Positions 61,360-64,000 of a stretch of 64,000 bases of DNA are shown piece after piece; the first letter of the stretch is position 1; each line of letters begins with the position of its first letter. The position numbers and the translations under genes are program-made. Origin of the DNA: Raillietiella orientalis. Taxonomy: Eukaryota. Below the pieces are notes generated by a model that ran no database searches, was not told where the DNA came from, and saw only the letters and a program-made list of their open reading frames with translations. The stretch is taken from NCBI GenBank assembly GCA_036172245.1, contig JAYWIR010000001.1, forward strand, positions 3,596,001-3,660,000, in the 5' to 3' direction.

Positions 61360-62259
61360 GCTCAGAGATGGATTAAAAGACCTTGAAATTCGATCATGAG
61401 CGCATAAACATGCTCTTTCCATAGAATGGCAAGCGAGCTGTAGAAAACCCCGACTCCACTACTCGCATACTCATACCTTATTTAAAGTGCATTGCTAGAT
61501 CTGCTTTGGCTTCTATTGAAGAAATCAAAAACTGCCATCCTACAAAGCCTTTTTTGCTTTTAGGGGGTGTATTATGTGAAGAGTTACAACTTTGTAAGCT
61601 TTGAGGAAGGTTCTATCCCAGTGAGTGATCTTTTGCTCCTGAAAGAAATTTTAGAAGTCGGCATTCTCTATATTTCTGTATTTATGAGCTTCATTCACGT
61701 TTCTCACAGCTCCTTGACAGATCCAAGGTTTCCTGTAGTCGGAATTTTTTTATCGTGGATTTTCCGGGTCTCATCGCCCCTGAAAATTCGATGTCAAATG
61801 CTTCCCCCACAAATAAATGTTGGCTGATATGTTTCCTCACACCAAGAGATTATCCAGTCTTGTAGGCAGCTCTGCTCTTAGTCTCCGTGACAAATCAATA
61901 GCTCAAGAAGTTTGGATGTTCAATGACTTTAGATTTTGCGAACGTACCGTGGTTCCTGCATTTATTTTTGCAAAATCTGAATTCTTTCAAGCAGCCTCGA
62001 GCCAGCAGGACTGGGAAAATCGATTTGTTAAACGTTGCCTCCCATCCATCTTGCATGTCTTCGTCAATAAGTTACGCATGCTCCCTGAGTGAATGGGGAC
62101 TGCACCATCAAAACAGACGTGACGCCAGAAAATCTTAAAGCAGGGTCTTTGCACGAGAGAGCCGGCTACATCTTTCAAGAACAGAATTTCACAAGCTTCT
62201 TAGATCTGCACTATAACAAGCAAACTTCACGCTGCAACCTAACTTCTCCCCCTGACAAG

Positions 62260-62471
62260 AAGAGAATCAAGGGTATAATGACGTCACTTATCGTGACGTC
62301 ATTTTTTTTGTTTTTCTCCCAGATTAAGTTACGGAGATGCTAAATCCGCGGTAACTATTTGTTGTATTTCCTTATCATCTATGCATCTTTGAGTTGCGAA
62401 TCGCAGCATTTACTGCTTCCGTTGTTCAAAAATAAATAAATAAGTGACGTCATTACACCCTCGATGCTCTT
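62260..62471. mobile_element. 212-bp MITE-like element with 32-bp terminal inverted repeats
   Basis: The left end is aagagaatcaagggtataatgacgtcacttat (62260-62291). The reverse complement of 62440-62471 is aagagcatcgagggtgtaatgacgtcacttat, a 29/32 match. Confidence 0.75.
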
Positions 62472-64000
62472 GTTGATATTTTTAATCCTGAGTTGCAATT
62501 CAATGGACTCGGCATAGAAATCAATGGAACGTCTGTCTGTCTTTCGCTGTCTTCTTCTGAATAGGCAAACCACGCTTGCAATGTTGCTGTCGGCAATTCA
62601 GTTGGGTTCCATTCCACAAAGAAGAGGAAATCTCCGTCCTCAGCCTTGTCGGCGTCGAAGGCACCAGTCCGCACGCATAAACTGCTGCTAACAGAAATAA
62701 CAGCAGCATGCTCTTCTTAGTGGAGAATTCCTCATTTTGATCTTAATGAGGAGCATCTATAGCCCTACGACTTGCAAGTCATTTTTCAGTGCAAATGAAG
62801 ATCTAGGTTACCAGAATCCATTGTCCCCCTCAAGCTTCACACTCGGTTCGCTCTTTGGTTCAAGGATTTTCAAAAGCACCGTTCATCGTAAGACTTTTTT
62901 TTCCGTTTTTGCAGAATGCAAATTTCTCTTGGGGAGCTAATGGTGCTAATGGTGGGAGTCACTGGGCACAGGAACGAGACGACGCAACGCTCCAGATCTG
63001 ATTTCGTGCAAATTGTCTTCATCCTTGACGCTTCTTTGTCGGATGCCCTACAGCGGCGTTCGGGACGGAGTGGCCTGCGAGGTTACTTTCGATCCTTGCT
63101 CGCAGAATCGGGAGGGTTTTCCTCCCCACCCTTGAATGCATTTCTGCCGTGCTACTTGCAGTTTCAAATTAGCAGAGTGGATGCCAACTGAATCTGCGAA
63201 CTGCTCGATTATCGTCTCCGGAAGCGTCAGCTGAATCACATCGTTTTTCACGGGAGCAACCTCCAGCTCTTTCCCGGATCCATTGGCTTTCGTTAGTACT
63301 TCGCCGCCTGACAGCAACAAGCTTCTGTACGGTAAAGTGAGCAGGCTCAATTAGCTCCGGCTTCCCGAACAGGACATTCCCCAAAGTCTGCGTGCTGTTC
63401 AGAAGCTGACAGTTCCGGGCGCTTTCTCCGGCGTGACCGTGAGGTCACGAGACCCTTTGGAATCGGAGTTTCAGGTGAGCAAACGACGCTTCCAGGCAGC
63501 ACGCTTACTGGTCGCCCTCTGCTACATTTTCCTTCACGTTTGCAGCCATCATCTCCTATGCATCCTGGACCGTCGGCTGTCGCTCCGATGCGACGGATGC
63601 ATTGCATTCAGAATGTTCAATCTTCTGCGATCGCGAGCGCATGCGCGAGCCAGCAGAGTCTGCCAGCGTCAAATTTAAGAAAAATCGAAAAATAGCAGGC
63701 CTTCCCTTGGACTGATCTGGAGCGTTTCATTGAGTTCTGTAGCAAGATGTATGCCCAACTGCAGCCTCTTTCGGATGCTTCCCAGTGTACATGGATTCTG
63801 CAAAAAAAAGAAAAATGCAGCACAATATCACTGATGATTTTTTTTTTTTAATTCGAGGGAAAATTTTCGACCTTTGCTGAACGTTCAGGGAAGGGAACAG
63901 TTTCTGGTTTGGCTTACCAGGAAGTGAATAAAGAAAACCTGTGGATAGGAATTTGTTAAAGGGCATGCCTCCCCGAGAGCCACAACTGAAGAATGATGTA

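Overview
Eukaryotic, probably arthropod, genomic DNA. The evidence is GT-AG spliceosomal introns, microsatellites, a degenerate (TTAGG)n-type tract and a Beat-like Ig gene. I saw no operons, rRNA/tRNA genes or CRISPR arrays. One host gene can be reconstructed by hand: a five-exon minus-strand gene, join(48002..48038, 44488..44856, 44219..44351, 39380..39552, 36908..37026). It encodes a 276-aa protein with a signal peptide, two Ig domains and a C-terminal hydrophobic anchor. Most of the rest is decayed L1/Tx1-like non-LTR retrotransposon sequence. One RT copy is clearly recognisable (24552-26872). There are also many fragments of an older family with a CCCGAAGGG-rich 5' region, a conserved 5'-terminal motif and a structured 3' end lacking poly(A). 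Other notable items are an ~890-bp foldback palindrome with a perfect 81-bp island, several 15-25-bp snap-back hairpins, and a 212-bp MITE. All homology calls are by-eye motif recognition and no database searches were run. Boundaries of decayed elements are approximate.
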